A stretch of DNA of 64,000 bases from Callorhinchus milii. Its lineage: Eukaryota. Below are positions 1 to 12,905 of this stretch, piece by piece. Under the pieces are notes generated by a model. It saw only the letters and a program-made list of their open reading frames with translations, was not told the DNA's origin and searched no databases. Every line of letters begins with the position of its first letter. Position 1 is the first letter of the stretch. The position numbers and the translations under genes are program-made. The stretch covers positions 103,170,001 to 103,234,000 of the forward strand of contig NW_024704743.1 of assembly GCF_018977255.1 (NCBI RefSeq), in the 5' to 3' direction.

Positions 1-200
1 AGATGCAGCAGGCCTCAACAGCTGAGCAGAGCAGCCAAGCAGAGGAATGAGTTAGGAGAGGATCACACAGATAGAGAGGTGCTGGGGCATGAACTAAGTT
101 CGAGGACAATAAAGTGAATTTGTTGGGTGACAGGCAGTCAGTGGAGCCTGGCAGGGACTGGGGTGATGGGCTTGTGGAGTTTTGGATTAACTGGTTTATG
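1..200 (-). mobile_element. Old L2 LINE ORF2 3' fragment
   Basis: Reverse complement of ggcagtcagtggagcctggcagggactggggtgatggg encodes a degenerate ITPVLARLHWLP motif, as in the other L2 copies here. Confidence 0.6.
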
Positions 201-637
201 GACACTTATGGAAAGACCATGATAGAAATTTATAGTTATTAGCTTCAGTGGAAAAACTGGCACCAGTTTAGTTTTTAGTTCCTTGAGCCTAATGGACTTC
301 TTTCTTCAGCATCTATGATTCTAGTCTATATTCTTGGTTTGTATTTAAAGGCTGATTGATGATCACAGTTTGTTCCTTGTCACGGTAAACACCAGTGTTA
401 GTTGTTGATAAATGTTAAATCACAAAGGTGTTACTGTTCACACAATGCAAAGCTTTGATCATCCATCACACCTTTTTGTTTTTCACAAGGCTTGAATATG
501 TTTTATATTACATGTATTATATGATTCCCCCTCCCTCTCCGCCTGGCTTGGGGTCTGACTGTTAAATGCTCCAGGGCTATAGTGAAGGACACTATATAAA
601 TGCAAGTTGTTGCTGTTGTATATTTGATGTATTATAT

Positions 638-1776
638 CTCCACTAACGTCTTCTCCTTCAACCCCCACACGGTCACGTGTGGCGTCCCTCAGTGTTCTGT
701 CCTTGGCCCCCTCTTTTTCAACATTTACAAGCTCCCTCTTGGTGGCATGAGCCGTAGACATGGGGTCAAATTCCACATGTATGCAGATGACAACCAACTC
801 CACCTCTCCGCCTCCACCCTCAACTCCAGACCACGGCTGTCCTCAGAGTATCTGTCAGACATCAAATCCACGGCTGTCCTCAGAGTATCTGTCAGACATC
901 AAATCCTGGATGAGAGCAAACATCCTCCATGTCAACAAGACCGAAGCCCTCCTGCTTGGCTCCTGTCAGCGCCTCCATTCCTTGGGCGCTAGCAGCATCA
1001 TCCTTCATGGATGCACTCTACACCTCGCGGGGCCAATATGGAACCTCAGTATCTTGTTCAACATTCAACTGTCCTTCATCCCTCACATCCTTCCCATGAC
1101 CTGCTCCACCTTTCCCAATCTCTGCAACATTGTCCAGCTCCGCCACTGTCTCTCACCCCAAAACCTTCATCCACGTATTCATCACATCCAGGCTCAACTA
1201 CGCAAACTCCATGCTTATCGGCCTTCCCAACTCCTCCCTCCACAGGCTGCAGATCATCCAGAACTTTGCAGCCTTCTCCCGCACCAGGCTCTGCGACCCT
1301 ATCACCCTATCCTCGTCTGGCTACACTGGCTCCCCATTACTCAGAGGATACAATTCAAGTTTTTGATCCTCACTTCAAAGCCTTCTGTAGCCTTCTATTC
1401 CCTACCTCTGTGAACTCTTAACCCTCTACCAACCTGTCCATTCCCTCCGCTCAGCGAGCTCCGGCCTCCTTCACATCCCTGGCCTTGCCTATCCCACCAT
1501 TTGCGGGTGGGCCTTCAGCCTCTTTGCCCCCACCCTCTGGAACTCCATCCCACAGTTTCTGTACTTTGCCCACCCCCTTGCCTCTCTCAAGACCCGTCTC
1601 AAGATCCTCTTCGTCGACCATGCCTTTGGTCACCCTCCTACCCCCACAACCCCCTGCCCTCCATCCCTCCTGATCTCAACCACCAGATCGGGTGCGGATC
1701 CCTGACTGTCCAGCACCTTGGGATATCCTCCTGACGTGAGAGGTGCTAAACAAATGTAATTTTGTTATTGTTATTA
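638..1776 (+). mobile_element. 5'-truncated L2 LINE (RT C-terminal half plus 3' tail), frameshifted
   Basis: ORF track gives [60 protein letters not shown]. Ends in the L2 stem-loop and a (TTG/TTA)n tail. Confidence 0.92.
831..904 (+). repeat. Exact 37-bp tandem duplication inside L2
   Basis: ccacggctgtcctcagagtatctgtcagacatcaaat occurs at 831-867 and 868-904. Confidence 0.95.
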
Positions 1777-1814
1777 TGAATACAAAAAATTACATATTTA
1801 ATAATTTTCCAATG

Positions 1815-2320
1815 TACTCCTCGACCGTCTCTCTGACTCTACTATCCATTAAATGCAACTAATTCAAAACTCCACCACTTGTACACTCACCCGCACTAAA
1901 CTCCGTATCCCAACAACCCATCCTTGCTAGACTCCACATCACAGAATGAATTGAGTTCAAGATCCTCACGCTCGCCTACAAATCTCTTCACATCCTGGGA
2001 ACTCTGTAATCCCAAACTCTGTACTCTCCATTCTACCACCTGTCACCTCTCCTTGGCCGGCTCTGGCTACTTGTTCCTCATCCCCTCCACTCTACCATCG
2101 GCAGCCATTAGCCACTATGTCCCCAAACTCTCCACCTCAATCCCTCCACATTGCCCTCTCCTTCCTCATTTCAGACTGTGAATGAAAACCTTCCTCTTCG
2201 ACTGTGCCTATGGTCTCCTCCCCACTCCCCCTGGCTCAGCATCAAGCTCCATCACTGTTAAGTGCTCTGAGATGTTGTTTTGCATGAAGGGCACTATATA
2301 AATGCAAGATGTTGTTGTAA
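1815..2320 (+). mobile_element. Old, diverged L2 3' fragment
   Basis: Degenerate QLIQNS, IEFKIL and LKTFLFD regions, ending in tatataaatgcaagatgttgttg. Confidence 0.7.
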
Positions 2321-2754
2321 TAATTTGCTACATATTGTATAAAAACATTGCATACTAGTTCAATTTCATCTTAAAATTTAAAATCTTTTCTTTCCAAAGT
2401 AAAGCTTGCAAAGCTTTCCAAAATCCTGGTTTTAGTTTAGTTACTGTGTAAGAAAACGTCTGTTAATAGAGATAGAATAAGTGCATGGAGTCCACATTCC
2501 ACATTCAAATAGGCTTTTGTGGGAGTGGGTTTTTGGATAAATATTCTCATATTTTAATAATATTTTCTCATTCCAGTGCTTTTCCGTGCTCTTGTGTTAA
2601 AGGAATATGAACTGTCTCATCCCTTGGACACTTTCACACATAAGTCAGGTGAAATACACAGAGACAATCAGTTCTCTGCAGCTCACATACAGCTCAGACA
2701 AAAAATATAATCCTTCATTTTCAACCTATGCCCCTTAAAAGTACCCTCCGGGGG

Positions 2755-2903
2755 TGAGACACTGCTGTGCGCAATTGGCTACCGCATTTTGCCCACACAT
2801 ATGCAATCAATTCACTTTACATTATATTCTGTGAAGCACTTTGAGATGTCTAGAAAACGTGAAAAGCACTATATCAAATGCAAGGATTATTATTATTATT
2901 ATT
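2755..2903 (+). mobile_element. Young tRNA-SINE, 3' part
   Basis: Matches the 3' half of the full copy at 29719-30041 and has an (ATT)n tail. Confidence 0.85.
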
Positions 2904-3264
2904 AAGGTATCCCTGGTTGAAAAACCCTGTATTAATGCAAACATTCAAAGAAGATTGCATTATGTAAACTTTTCATCACTTCTTCCAATTAAAAATACTA
3001 TTCATCTGATTAAAAATCTGTACAGACTCACTGATAATTCCATAGCATTTTCAGACAATTTGCATTTCTAATCTGCCCTTTATTATTTGATGTATTCTGT
3101 TGTAATTGCAACTCTTTGGCAATTACTGGAAAAAGCCATCAGTGATACTTACAGTAATGATCAAGCTCAGTTCTTAATACAAGGTAGAAACTGTATAACA
3201 GCAGTCTTATTTTGAACAACAATAATTTGCATTAATATAGCATCTTTCAACAACAATAATATAA

Positions 3265-3666
3265 GACTATATATTTGTGGGCGGAAGCATCTTTTGCCCA
3301 CAAGTATACAGTCAATTCACTTTACAGTATATTCTTGAAGCGCTTTGAGATAATAATAATAATAATAATGATAATAATAATGATAATCCTTGCATTTAAT
3401 ATAGCGGTTTTCACATCTTCTCAACGTTTCAAAGCACTTCACAGAATATGCTGTAAAGTGAATTGACTGTATATTTATGGGCGAAACGCGGCAGCCAATT
3501 GCATACAGCAGTGTCCCACAAACAGTCGTGGATTGGAAAATGACCAATTTATTATTGTTTTGTTTTGGAGGGATTATTATTAGGCGTGCGGAGTAAGGAA
3601 ACTTGCCCGAGATGTCTAGAAGACGTGAAAAGCACTATATCAAATGAAAGGATTATTATTATTATT
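3265..3666. mobile_element. Nested SINEs: + strand SINE 3' part interrupted by a - strand SINE (about 3352-3608), both inside an old L2 tail
   Basis: Outer duplication atctttca (3242-3249 / 3667-3674); inner duplication gagat (3347-3351 / 3609-3613). Confidence 0.8.
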
Positions 3667-6559
3667 ATCTTTCATGTTGGGAGGACATCTCAAAGTACTT
3701 CAGACAACTAACTGGGAATCCAAACATTGTGGGTTGAGGGAAGATGGAAGTGCCAAAGGCACCCTCACTATTCCACATAATGAGAATCATTTAACTATTC
3801 AATCTTTCCAATCATTTATTTGTTGTGTACTTAAAAAAAAATTGTTGTAATAAATTACGTTTTCTTTTGTTTTATATGTGCAGTCTGAGCTTCAGTCATA
3901 GGAAACAAACAAAGCCACAGGACAAAATACATCTTTGTGTTTAAATGAGGTATCAATCACATACGTATGGACGAGGTTCAACTATTGCCAAACAAACTTT
4001 AGTTTGGTTACTTAATACTTTAAACCAATATCCTGTCTGCTTGTTCAGGTGTGTGTTAGATTCCCATCGCACTGTTCAAAAAGAGAGGACAGTTTTTTTT
4101 CCATTGTCCTGACCAACTATCCTTCAGATACAACTCTCATTCACCGCTGTGCACAAATTGGCTGCCACCTTCGCCTATAATAGAAATAAGGGATGGTATT
4201 TTACCATAGCCAAGTAAGGGATTTGAGCCCATCCAGCATGATGAATTGCTTTGACACATCCTCTCAATGTCAAAGGTGTTATACAAGGTGTCACTTGTAT
4301 TTATGTAAATTGTATTGTATCTTCACAATGGGTACAAATCCTACTGAGCCAGCTATTCTTTGGTCTTATCTTTTAAGATAATTGTTCAAGGATGATCCCT
4401 GGGATTTTATACACTTAATTAATGACAAGCCTTTTTCACATATAAGATAATAATAATCCTTGCATCTGATATTATAGCGCCTTTCACGTCGGGGTGAAAT
4501 GTCTCAAAGAGCTTCACACGATGCACTGTGTATTTTGAGCAATGCTTTTGAAGGTTAATAATAATTTAGTTTATAATGCACTATCCAACACTCACTGTGT
4601 AATGAATAAGTAACTACATAATCACATGTAAATAACTTAACACCAAATTCCAGAGCTAATTAATTCCATTAGTGATAGAGGAGATCCCTTCAGTCCACTG
4701 ACACATTAACAAGAATAGACGTCTTCAGTCAATTAGGAGACAAGTGTGTACCATTTGGAATTGATTTTGCCATTGAAGTCTAGCATTCCTGATGAACATA
4801 TTAGAGACCCATCCATACACTTTCCATTTTTTATGTGCCAATAGCTCTTGTAACAGCCTGGTAACAGTTATTGCAAGTGGAAGCCATTTAATTCTATATT
4901 AATAATTCTTTGCATTAGAATTTACATTGGCGGTCAAGTCTAGCAAGAAAAGTTTTCGCATAGACCAGTAGTTAACAGAGTTACATTTTATTTTCACTGG
5001 AGTATTATAATTGATTGTACTCCACCAATGTAGTACAATCACTACTCAACTTACACTTATAGAGCACCCTCCATGCAGGGTAGTATCTGATCTATTAATA
5101 ATTCTTTGCATTTGATATAGTAGCTAATCATATCATCGTGGATTGCATAATGAATCAGGCCAGAGACAAACATTTCACCCTCTAGCTCTAGCCGGGGGTT
5201 AAACAGTCAACTGTGTCAGGTATTCACACGTGGAATAATGGGAATTTTTCATTCGTTGTTGCTGCTACTTAAATAATGGTAGTGGAAAGAGAAAAAACAG
5301 GCTAGAAGAAAAAGTCATCTGATATTGAGTTGATCTTCCTGGCCTCTGCGACTAACAGACTAAAATAAACCTGGACTGTGACCAAGAAACTGGTAATTCC
5401 AGGTTATCGTGCCAAACGTTTTCCAAGAACATATAAAATTCAAAACAAAGTGAGAACCCATACTAAACAAAGTTTAATATTCTATCCATCTTGAAGGTTG
5501 CTGTTGTTGATTTCACAGAAATGTATCCAAGAAATGATCATGTCCCATTATGTATCAGCCTAGAGGAAATGATTCATTAATTGATCTTTTTTTCCTCTGG
5601 AAAGCCTTTAGCTAATTCATACCAGGCACATCATGAAAGATACTCAATTCTGGGGAGAATATGAATAGTAAGTACTTTTCATAGTGCATCATATTCAATC
5701 TTTGTGAACAATGGATTTAGATAAAGTGAGAGTATTCTGTCAGAATCAGTCAATCATTGGAACATAGAAACAGAAGTGGGCCACTAGGCCCATCATGCTT
5801 GCTCTATCAATAAGTCTACAACAAATCTTTCAGTACTACAGAAAATAATCCTTGCATTTGCTATTGTGCCTTACCACTTTGTCAATATGTCTCAAAGCAC
5901 TTCACAGGATTTAACCTGCAATATCTTGTGACTATACTTGTAATTCCATTTCCCACCTTTATGGGTCATTGTTGTGTGCAAAATAGCCACCCCATTCATC
6001 CACAAAATATACAGTCACTACAATTGTCAGTGAAATCCTGGAAGCACTTTGAGACATCTTCAGATCACATCTTAAAACCTATCTCATCAATCGTGCCTAT
6101 GGTCACCTTCCTCCCTCCCCTTCCTCTTAGCTCGGCATCCAAAGAGGCTCAAACTCCACACTGTAAAGTGCTCTGAGATATTATATCACATGAATGGTGC
6201 TATATAAAAGCAGTGTATTTTTTTACATTTTGATCAGTCGAAAGCAAAATATCCAACCATTGCTTATATCAAATAATTCTACTTTGCGGCAACTAGTTTC
6301 TACAACATTTTGGTGACTTCAAAATATGTCTGTGTAATGTGATATCCTTGTACTACAGTGCAATGCAGTATTACTTGAATCAATACTTTTGAAACAAAAA
6401 AGGCTCTTCTGATGCTATTTCATGTAGCCTCATTGGATAAACAAAATGCCTGTCTGAAAGAATTTTGACTTGAAATGTTTTGAAACACGTCTCTGAAGTT
6501 AAATAAATCAAATAATTTTTAATCCCAACTGTGAGTACCCTTTAGAAGTCATTTATTCA

Positions 6560-6748
6560 ATAATAATAATAATAATAATCTTTGCATTTGATATAGCGCT
6601 TTTCACGTCGGGAGGACGTCCCAAAGCGCTTCACAGAACACACTGTAAAGTGAATTGACTGTATATTTGTGGGCAAACGCAGCAGCCAATTGCGCACAGC
6701 AATGTCCCACAAACAGTCGTAGATTGAAAATGACCAATTTTATTATTG
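6560..6748 (-). mobile_element. Young tRNA-SINE, 5'-truncated
   Basis: Near-identical by eye to the tail half of the copy at 41847-42165. Confidence 0.9.
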
Positions 6749-6953
6749 TCAATCAGGTTAATTTGATGCTCTGCAGGTATACAGATAAAACAATAATAAA
6801 ACAAAGCTATTGTCACACATTATTAATGTTAGTCATATCTCAGGAACCTTTACAGAGAAATATCCTATTTAAATTAGCCATGTCTTATGCATAATATGAA
6901 TTGATGTTCCCAACCACAATTAATCCTCGTATTAATTTGTTGCGGTATTGTGC

Positions 6954-7395
6954 GTCAGCATGGCTGTAGCACTCTTGCCTTTGAGTCAGAAGGTTCTGGG
7001 TTCAAGCCCAATATCAGAAATGGTGTCCATGTAGTTAGGCTGACACTCCAGGGTAGTCCTGGAGGTGTGCTGCATTGTTGGAGGTATCGTCCTACAGATG
7101 AGATGTTAAATTGATGTCCCATCCGCATGTCCAGGTGGACATTGAAGATCCCAGTGTGATGTTCAAAAGAGAAGGGAGTTTCTCCTGGTGTCCTGGCCAA
7201 CTTTTTCAAATAAAAAGAACGACCATTCACTTAATGGGTTTTCGTGGGACACTATTATGTGCAAGTTGGCTGCTGCCTTTGCTCAAAAAACAGTCACTCC
7301 ATTTTACAGTATATCCCGTAAAACACTTTGGGATGTAATGTGTAAGGTGCTCTTTCCAAATGTAAGGATTATTATTATTAATTATTATTATTATG
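6954..7395 (+). mobile_element. Old Deu-domain tRNA-SINE (SacSINE1/AmnSINE-like), near full length
   Basis: tRNA-like head with a B-box (gggttcaagccc), central gagatgttaaa...caggtggacattgaagatccc...ggtgtcctggccaa resembling the Deu domain as I recall it, L2-like tail and (ATT)n. Confidence 0.75.
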
Positions 7396-7663
7396 AACAT
7401 TATCATCACCACCACCAAAACTAAAGTTAAAATGTAGCAGGTCACTGAATTTCATAGTAAAAAATAAAAACTCATTTTAAAAGCACACTTATCAAATCTC
7501 TCTAAAATAACATGCTCAAAATGATCTTCTACCAGACATGCTACAGGTTGTTAATAGTGACATGGGAAATGACGACAAGATGCTGGCATGTCACCTATGA
7601 TCTTTTTGAATGTAATATTTTCAGACAAGCAGACTTATCTGTGGTCTTCACCACAAATGTAGT

Positions 7664-7720
7664 CAACACATGGACTAATAGCAGAAATACAAACAACACA
7701 TGGACTATCAGCAGAAATGC
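7664..7720 (+). repeat. 30-bp tandem duplication (two imperfect copies)
   Basis: caacacatggactaatagcagaaat and caacacatggactatcagcagaaat, 30 nt apart. Confidence 0.85.
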
Positions 7721-7944
7721 AGCAGGAAGGCTTGCCATAAACATTACTTAGAATTCCTGTTCAAGTTGAATCCACAAGCTGAGATCTGTTGGTCCTGCTC
7801 ATTATATTGTTCAGCACTAGGTGGCAAATCCTAACAGCAGTTGCAAATAGAGATTCCTTTCATTTTACGGAAGTATATCATGCTGAATTGTAGAGCATCA
7901 CTTCAGATGTAGATCGCAAGGTTGGTTCAGATGAAAAAGGCACT

Positions 7945-8209
7945 TCCCTACCACTCTGACCTCCTCACTCCCCAATCCATCACCCTGCACCTCCGCTCGA
8001 CTGGCACTAGCCTCCTGAATTTCTCTCACACCTTCTGCCCCTCTGTCCAAGGTCACACTTTTAAGTCCTGCCTGAAAACTTTCCTCATCGACCGTGCTTA
8101 AGACCACCTCTCCCCCTCCCCCCGGCTCGGAGTCAGGTTCCGCCACCGTTAAGTGCTCTGAGATGCTACCCTGAAAGGAAGGTGCTATATAAGTGCAAGT
8201 TGTTGTTGT
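7945..8209 (+). mobile_element. Old L2 3' fragment
   Basis: ctgaaaactttcctcatcgaccgtgc followed by the tail gctatataagtgcaagttgttgttg. Confidence 0.7.
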
Positions 8210-8584
8210 AAATGCAGAATATCTGGCAGTAAGGGTATCTCCCTTAGAATCTTATTGTTTATAAGTCTATCATTCAATGATTAGCTTTATAAACCAGTGA
8301 GGGTTACTTCTGTGACATTGGTTCAATGAGATTGTTGATGACAAACAGTTCAATATCAGTTCTCTTTTGAACTAAGCTTTAAAAATCCATGCAAACACTG
8401 TAATTACCAAAGGGGTGCTCTATTATTTTGTCTATTTCATGTAAAATACTTTTTCCTTTTTACCAATTCATTCAAACTCTACATGTTAAAATAAAGGTTT
8501 CAAAATCACTATTCCATGCTCGTAGTTAGATTATGGGCAAGGATAAATTGGATTGACTTTGAGAGATGCCATTCATTTACAAAA

Positions 8585-8900
8585 TCCTTATATTTAACGC
8601 CTTTCATGTTGCAAGGAGACTTCAAAGTGTTTCAAAAGATTCACTGTGCAAGTATACTGACTATGCATTTTTATAGGTGATTGAGGCAGCCAATTTGCAT
8701 ACAGGAATGTCCCACAAACAGTCATGAAAAGAATGACCAATTTTATTAGTAGGGTTGAATGGTGAGGACACATATACTGACATAAACTTTCTTCTCTTTT
8801 TGCACATTGCCTTTGGATCTTAAATGTCCACCTGAACAGACAGACAGCCTTGATTTAACATCATATCATCTGAATTACAGGACCTCCGTCAATACAGAGA
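8585..8900 (-). mobile_element. Old Deu-domain SINE fragment
   Basis: Reverse-complement similarity to 6954-7395 (ggatcttaaatgtccacctgaacagacagac). Confidence 0.65.
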
Positions 8901-10155
8901 AAAGCCCTTATTACCTGGATGAAGTTAGCAGGTCAAAGGAGGTTCACAATAAAACATTCTTAAACTGATGCAACTGAGTTGCACTTGAATTCTTCCATGT
9001 TACTGATGATTTCAATGGTATATCATGCCTTATGCTTTTCCCATCTTAGTTTCTACTATCCTTGTACCAAAGCATACTGGAACATTCAGGGTATTACATT
9101 TCAAAAATGATTCATCTGAGCATTTCCTCTACAAATAATGTTTTTTCTCCAAATCAAATGGATCCATACAGAACAAATTACAAAACTTCTCCCTCCAATG
9201 ACTTGTGGCTCCTGATGACCAAATATGTGCTCTCTTGAGGAATTGTTGCTGCCCATATTTTCATCATGGGACTCAGATTAAAATTATTCTGAACTGAATA
9301 CTATGTTTATAGCATATTGCAAAATGTAAGTCAGTCTTCCTCTTGGCAATACAAAATGCAAAATTCTTTGAAAAATACTGCAAAGCAGTACTACGTTCAA
9401 TCTAATTATAGAATGAGAATGAGTGGACTAATCTTAAAAAAACTATCAACAATAAATATCTCTTAAGCCTCCAATTCAATGAAGAATAGATTTAGTCAAG
9501 TAATGACTTTCTTACTGAAATCATAATACATAAAGGCTTCACTATCCATTTTTTCAGTATATTTCAACTGCTTGCATCTTAATGGCTTGTTACACTGATG
9601 AGGTTATGGGTTTATTCTCAGCCACTCTTCTCACATTATCTGTTCAGTTCATAAATATATAAAGCATCACAGTTCATGTAAAAAAGAGAGCAGAAAACTA
9701 ATAATGGCAATATAATGTAAGGTTAAGATTCATGATTTTGAACTTTTAAAGATTGGATTCTTAACAGGCCTTATGTTCTCTGATAAAATCTTATGACAAA
9801 GTGAAATAATTCCTAATACAGCCATATGAAATATATACCACTGCTTGATTGGGTTAATTAACATAACATAATGGCATCACAAAAATCACAAAATTAATAG
9901 GTATCAACAAACAAAACCAACAACAACTCACATTGATATATTATCCTCCATATGGAATAACATTTTGAAGTACTTTACAATGACAGAATCAGATGCTAAG
10001 CAAGGGAGGAAGGAGAAGGTGTAACCTTACCCAAGCTTTGAAGAGGATGGATTTAAAGGCAGATAGAGAGGGGATGAGACAGAGGGATAGAGGAAAAGAG
10101 TAATTGCTATAGATTTGTCATTTAATAAACTAAATTAAATCATCACTTGACTCAC

Positions 10156-10350
10156 CTTTGCAAATGGGGATGGGAAAATCCCACGTTGCACTATTCCCCG
10201 AGTTAGCTATACATGTAAGCCGAGGATATCCATCCAGGATGTATCCATTCACGCAGGAGTAGGTGACCATATCACCAACATCAAAGCTAGTGCCATGAAG
10301 AATACCTCTGGGTGGTACAGTGGGGTTGCCACAGGAACTGCTTTGCAACT
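10156..10350 (-). CDS. CSMD3: Internal coding exon of CUB and Sushi multiple domains 3, first Sushi/CCP domain
   Basis: Acceptor ttttccctgcAG| and donor |GTgagt bound 195 nt, phase 1-1. Translates (E)LQSSSCGNPTVPPRGILHGTSFDVGDMVTYSCVNGYILDGYPRLTCIANSGNSATWDFPIPICK with four Cys and a Trp in Sushi spacing. From memory, ELQSSSCGNP...LTCIANS...WDFP matches CSMD3 rather than CSMD1/2. Confidence 0.92.
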
Positions 10351-10437
10351 CTGCAGGGAAAAAAAACAAATAAAGAATGACTCTACCAGTTATAGAAAAG
10401 AAAAACTTTACAGTAGATACAGCTCCTATAACATTGA

Positions 10438-10978
10438 AACAACAACAACGACAAAATTACATGTGTGTAGCGTCTTTCACATCGGGAGGACATCCCAAGG
10501 CGAGTTTCAGACTAGAGCTGGGAGTCGGGGAGGGTAGAGGGCAGGGGGGAAGCAGGGAAATTGAAAGCACAGTCAAGTGAAGTCGGGCGAGGATGGAGGG
10601 GGGGGTAAAAGCATTACGGAGCCTGGTGCGGGAGCGGATGTGGGCTGCAGAGTTCTGGATGATCTGCAGCCTATGGAGGGAGGAGTTGGGGAGGCTGACA
10701 AGCAAGGAGTTTGCATAGTCGAGCCTCGATATATTGAAAGCATGTATGAGGATTTCAGCGGTCTGCGGTGTGAGACAGTGGTGGAGTCGGGCGATGTTGC
10801 AGGGGTGAAGGCAGAGTGGGTCATGGCACAGATATGGGGTAGAAAGGACAGTTGAGGGTCAATCAAGACACCAAGGTTCCGGACTGGCTTAGCAAGGTGG
10901 AGTGGACGGTGATGCTGTCAGTGCCTGAGGTGAGGAGGCACTGACCGGAGCCAATCAGAAGAGCCTCGGTCTTGTTGA
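10438..10978 (-). mobile_element. L2 fragment with internal deletion, about 90 nt upstream of the CSMD3 acceptor
   Basis: Minus-strand NKTEALLIGS, DPQLSFLPHI, SSLHRLQIIQNSAA; (TTG)n tail at 10438-10455. Confidence 0.9.
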
Positions 10979-12591
10979 AATACCTTAAACCACATCACAG
11001 GCAATTATTGTCAGGACTCAGGAATAAGTATTTGTAGCAAATTTGACAATTAGTGCAATGCAATATCCCCAAAACAACCATGAAGGAGAAGCATGTGAGT
11101 ATTTTTAGCCTGAACTACCTGGGGATTATGAGACGAAGTATCATTGTTTCCTGACTCATCACGTTTTTCAATTTACTTGTTGAGTAAAGATTAGCAGATT
11201 CTTGAGAATAATTACAGGGTAGTCATCTGCTCAAAATATCCAGATAGTGTCAGAGACTGGCTGTTTGTAGGACGCTGCCTTGTGCAAAATTGTCTGCCGT
11301 GTTCGTCCACAAAATACACAGTGGCTACACTTCAGCCACTTTAAAGCTTTTTGAAATGCGAAGGCGTTATGCAAAGCTGATTATTATCAGTAATTATTAT
11401 TTTATTAAGCCATAGGAGTAAAACTCAAAGGGTTCACAATCTTCTACTGATTGTGAGATTAGATTCCAATTGTTCAAATCACACAATGGGACCCATCTTT
11501 TTGTATTGATAAAATCTATGAGAATTACATGCAAAATGGAGTCTGTTATTTTTCAGTGCGCTTCTGGAGGAGAATACCAAGTTCATTCCTTGTGACACTG
11601 ATATACTGTATGTTGATAAACAGAAAATAATTTGCAGTTGATCATAAGTAGTATTGTATGATTTGTCTAACGAACCAAAGAAATTGAAGGTTACAATGCA
11701 ACTACTATTAAGGTTAACAATTTAGGCATCACCTGGCTCAGTTGGTAGTACTCTCACATCTAAGTCATAAGGTTTGGATTCAAGACCCATCTCGGGATTT
11801 TGTGCTCACACAGTCCAGAAATGTTGAGCAGGCTGAAGATTTGGATATAGATTCATACTATTGGAGGCCTTGGAACCTTCAAAATGTATCATCTCAGGTG
11901 TCTCGGTTTAGGAGACAGGCAAAATAAAACATTTTGTTCCTAAGCAGATCTAGCAGGATTGCAGTCACAGTGAGAACAAATGTAACTGAGACAATTACAG
12001 TGCAGAAGAAGGCACATTCAGCCATTGTGCCTGTGCAGGCAACTTGAAAGGGCAATAGAAGCTTTTTGTGTGCTTTTTCAAGCGCATACAGTAATCAGAT
12101 TCAGTGTAACTTATTTTGCAGTATTTCCTAATGGAGTTCCTTAATAAAGATTTCAATCACATAAATGGGGTCTTTTTCCTGTAACCAGAAGCAAGTCCCA
12201 CTGATGGGTGAGAACTCTGCTCCTGCACAATCTATTCCCAAACAAGATTCCTGTTTGTCGATTGAAAATCCAACAAAATTCCTCATTAAGAAATCCCATT
12301 TAGAAATATTGCAAATTAGATCTCCCCAAAGTGAATGTAAAGTATATACAGTGGATTGGTATGGCCTAATGTGAAACATCACAAGACTTGGATAAAACAG
12401 AATTAATTACAATGGCAGTACAGAAATCAAAATGTTGCCAGATTAATAATTTGCATACAATACAAAATTACATCAGTGTTTTTCACGTTGGGAGGACGTC
12501 CCAAGGCGCTGGGCATATAAGTATATGCAGTCCTTATTTGATATACAGTGAAATAAAACCAGTATTGTATCAGCTCAAATTACGTAGTATA

Positions 12592-12905
12592 ATAACAACA
12601 ACAAACAGCAACAAAATTACATTTGTAAAGTGCCTTTCACGTTGGGAGGACGTCCTAAGGCACTGGACAATCACTGTTTCGGACTCGAGCTGGGGATTGG
12701 GACTGGGGAGGATGGAGGACAGTGGGGAAAGGAGGCTGATCGAAGGCATGTTCGAAGAAGAGGGTCTTGAGGCAGGTCTTAAAGGAGATAAGAGAGGGGG
12801 CGAAGAAGAGGGACTGTGGGATGGAGTTCCAGAGTGTGGGGACAGAGTGGCGGAAGGCTCGCCTGCCAATTGTGGGGCGGGCGAGTGGGGTCGTGAAGCA
12901 GGACA
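12592..12905 (-). mobile_element. L2 3' fragment
   Basis: Tail, stem-loop and LWNSIP...LKTLFF region in reverse complement. A separate short tail lies at about 12458-12512. Confidence 0.85.

Noticed and set aside
5000..5047. 10-bp-arm hairpin tgattgtact / agtacaatca
   Set aside because: Short and AT-rich; such hairpins are plausible by chance in 64 kb.
10130..10369. 79-aa ORF as a standalone gene
   Set aside because: Its ends are intronic; splice sites delimit the real exon at 10156-10350.
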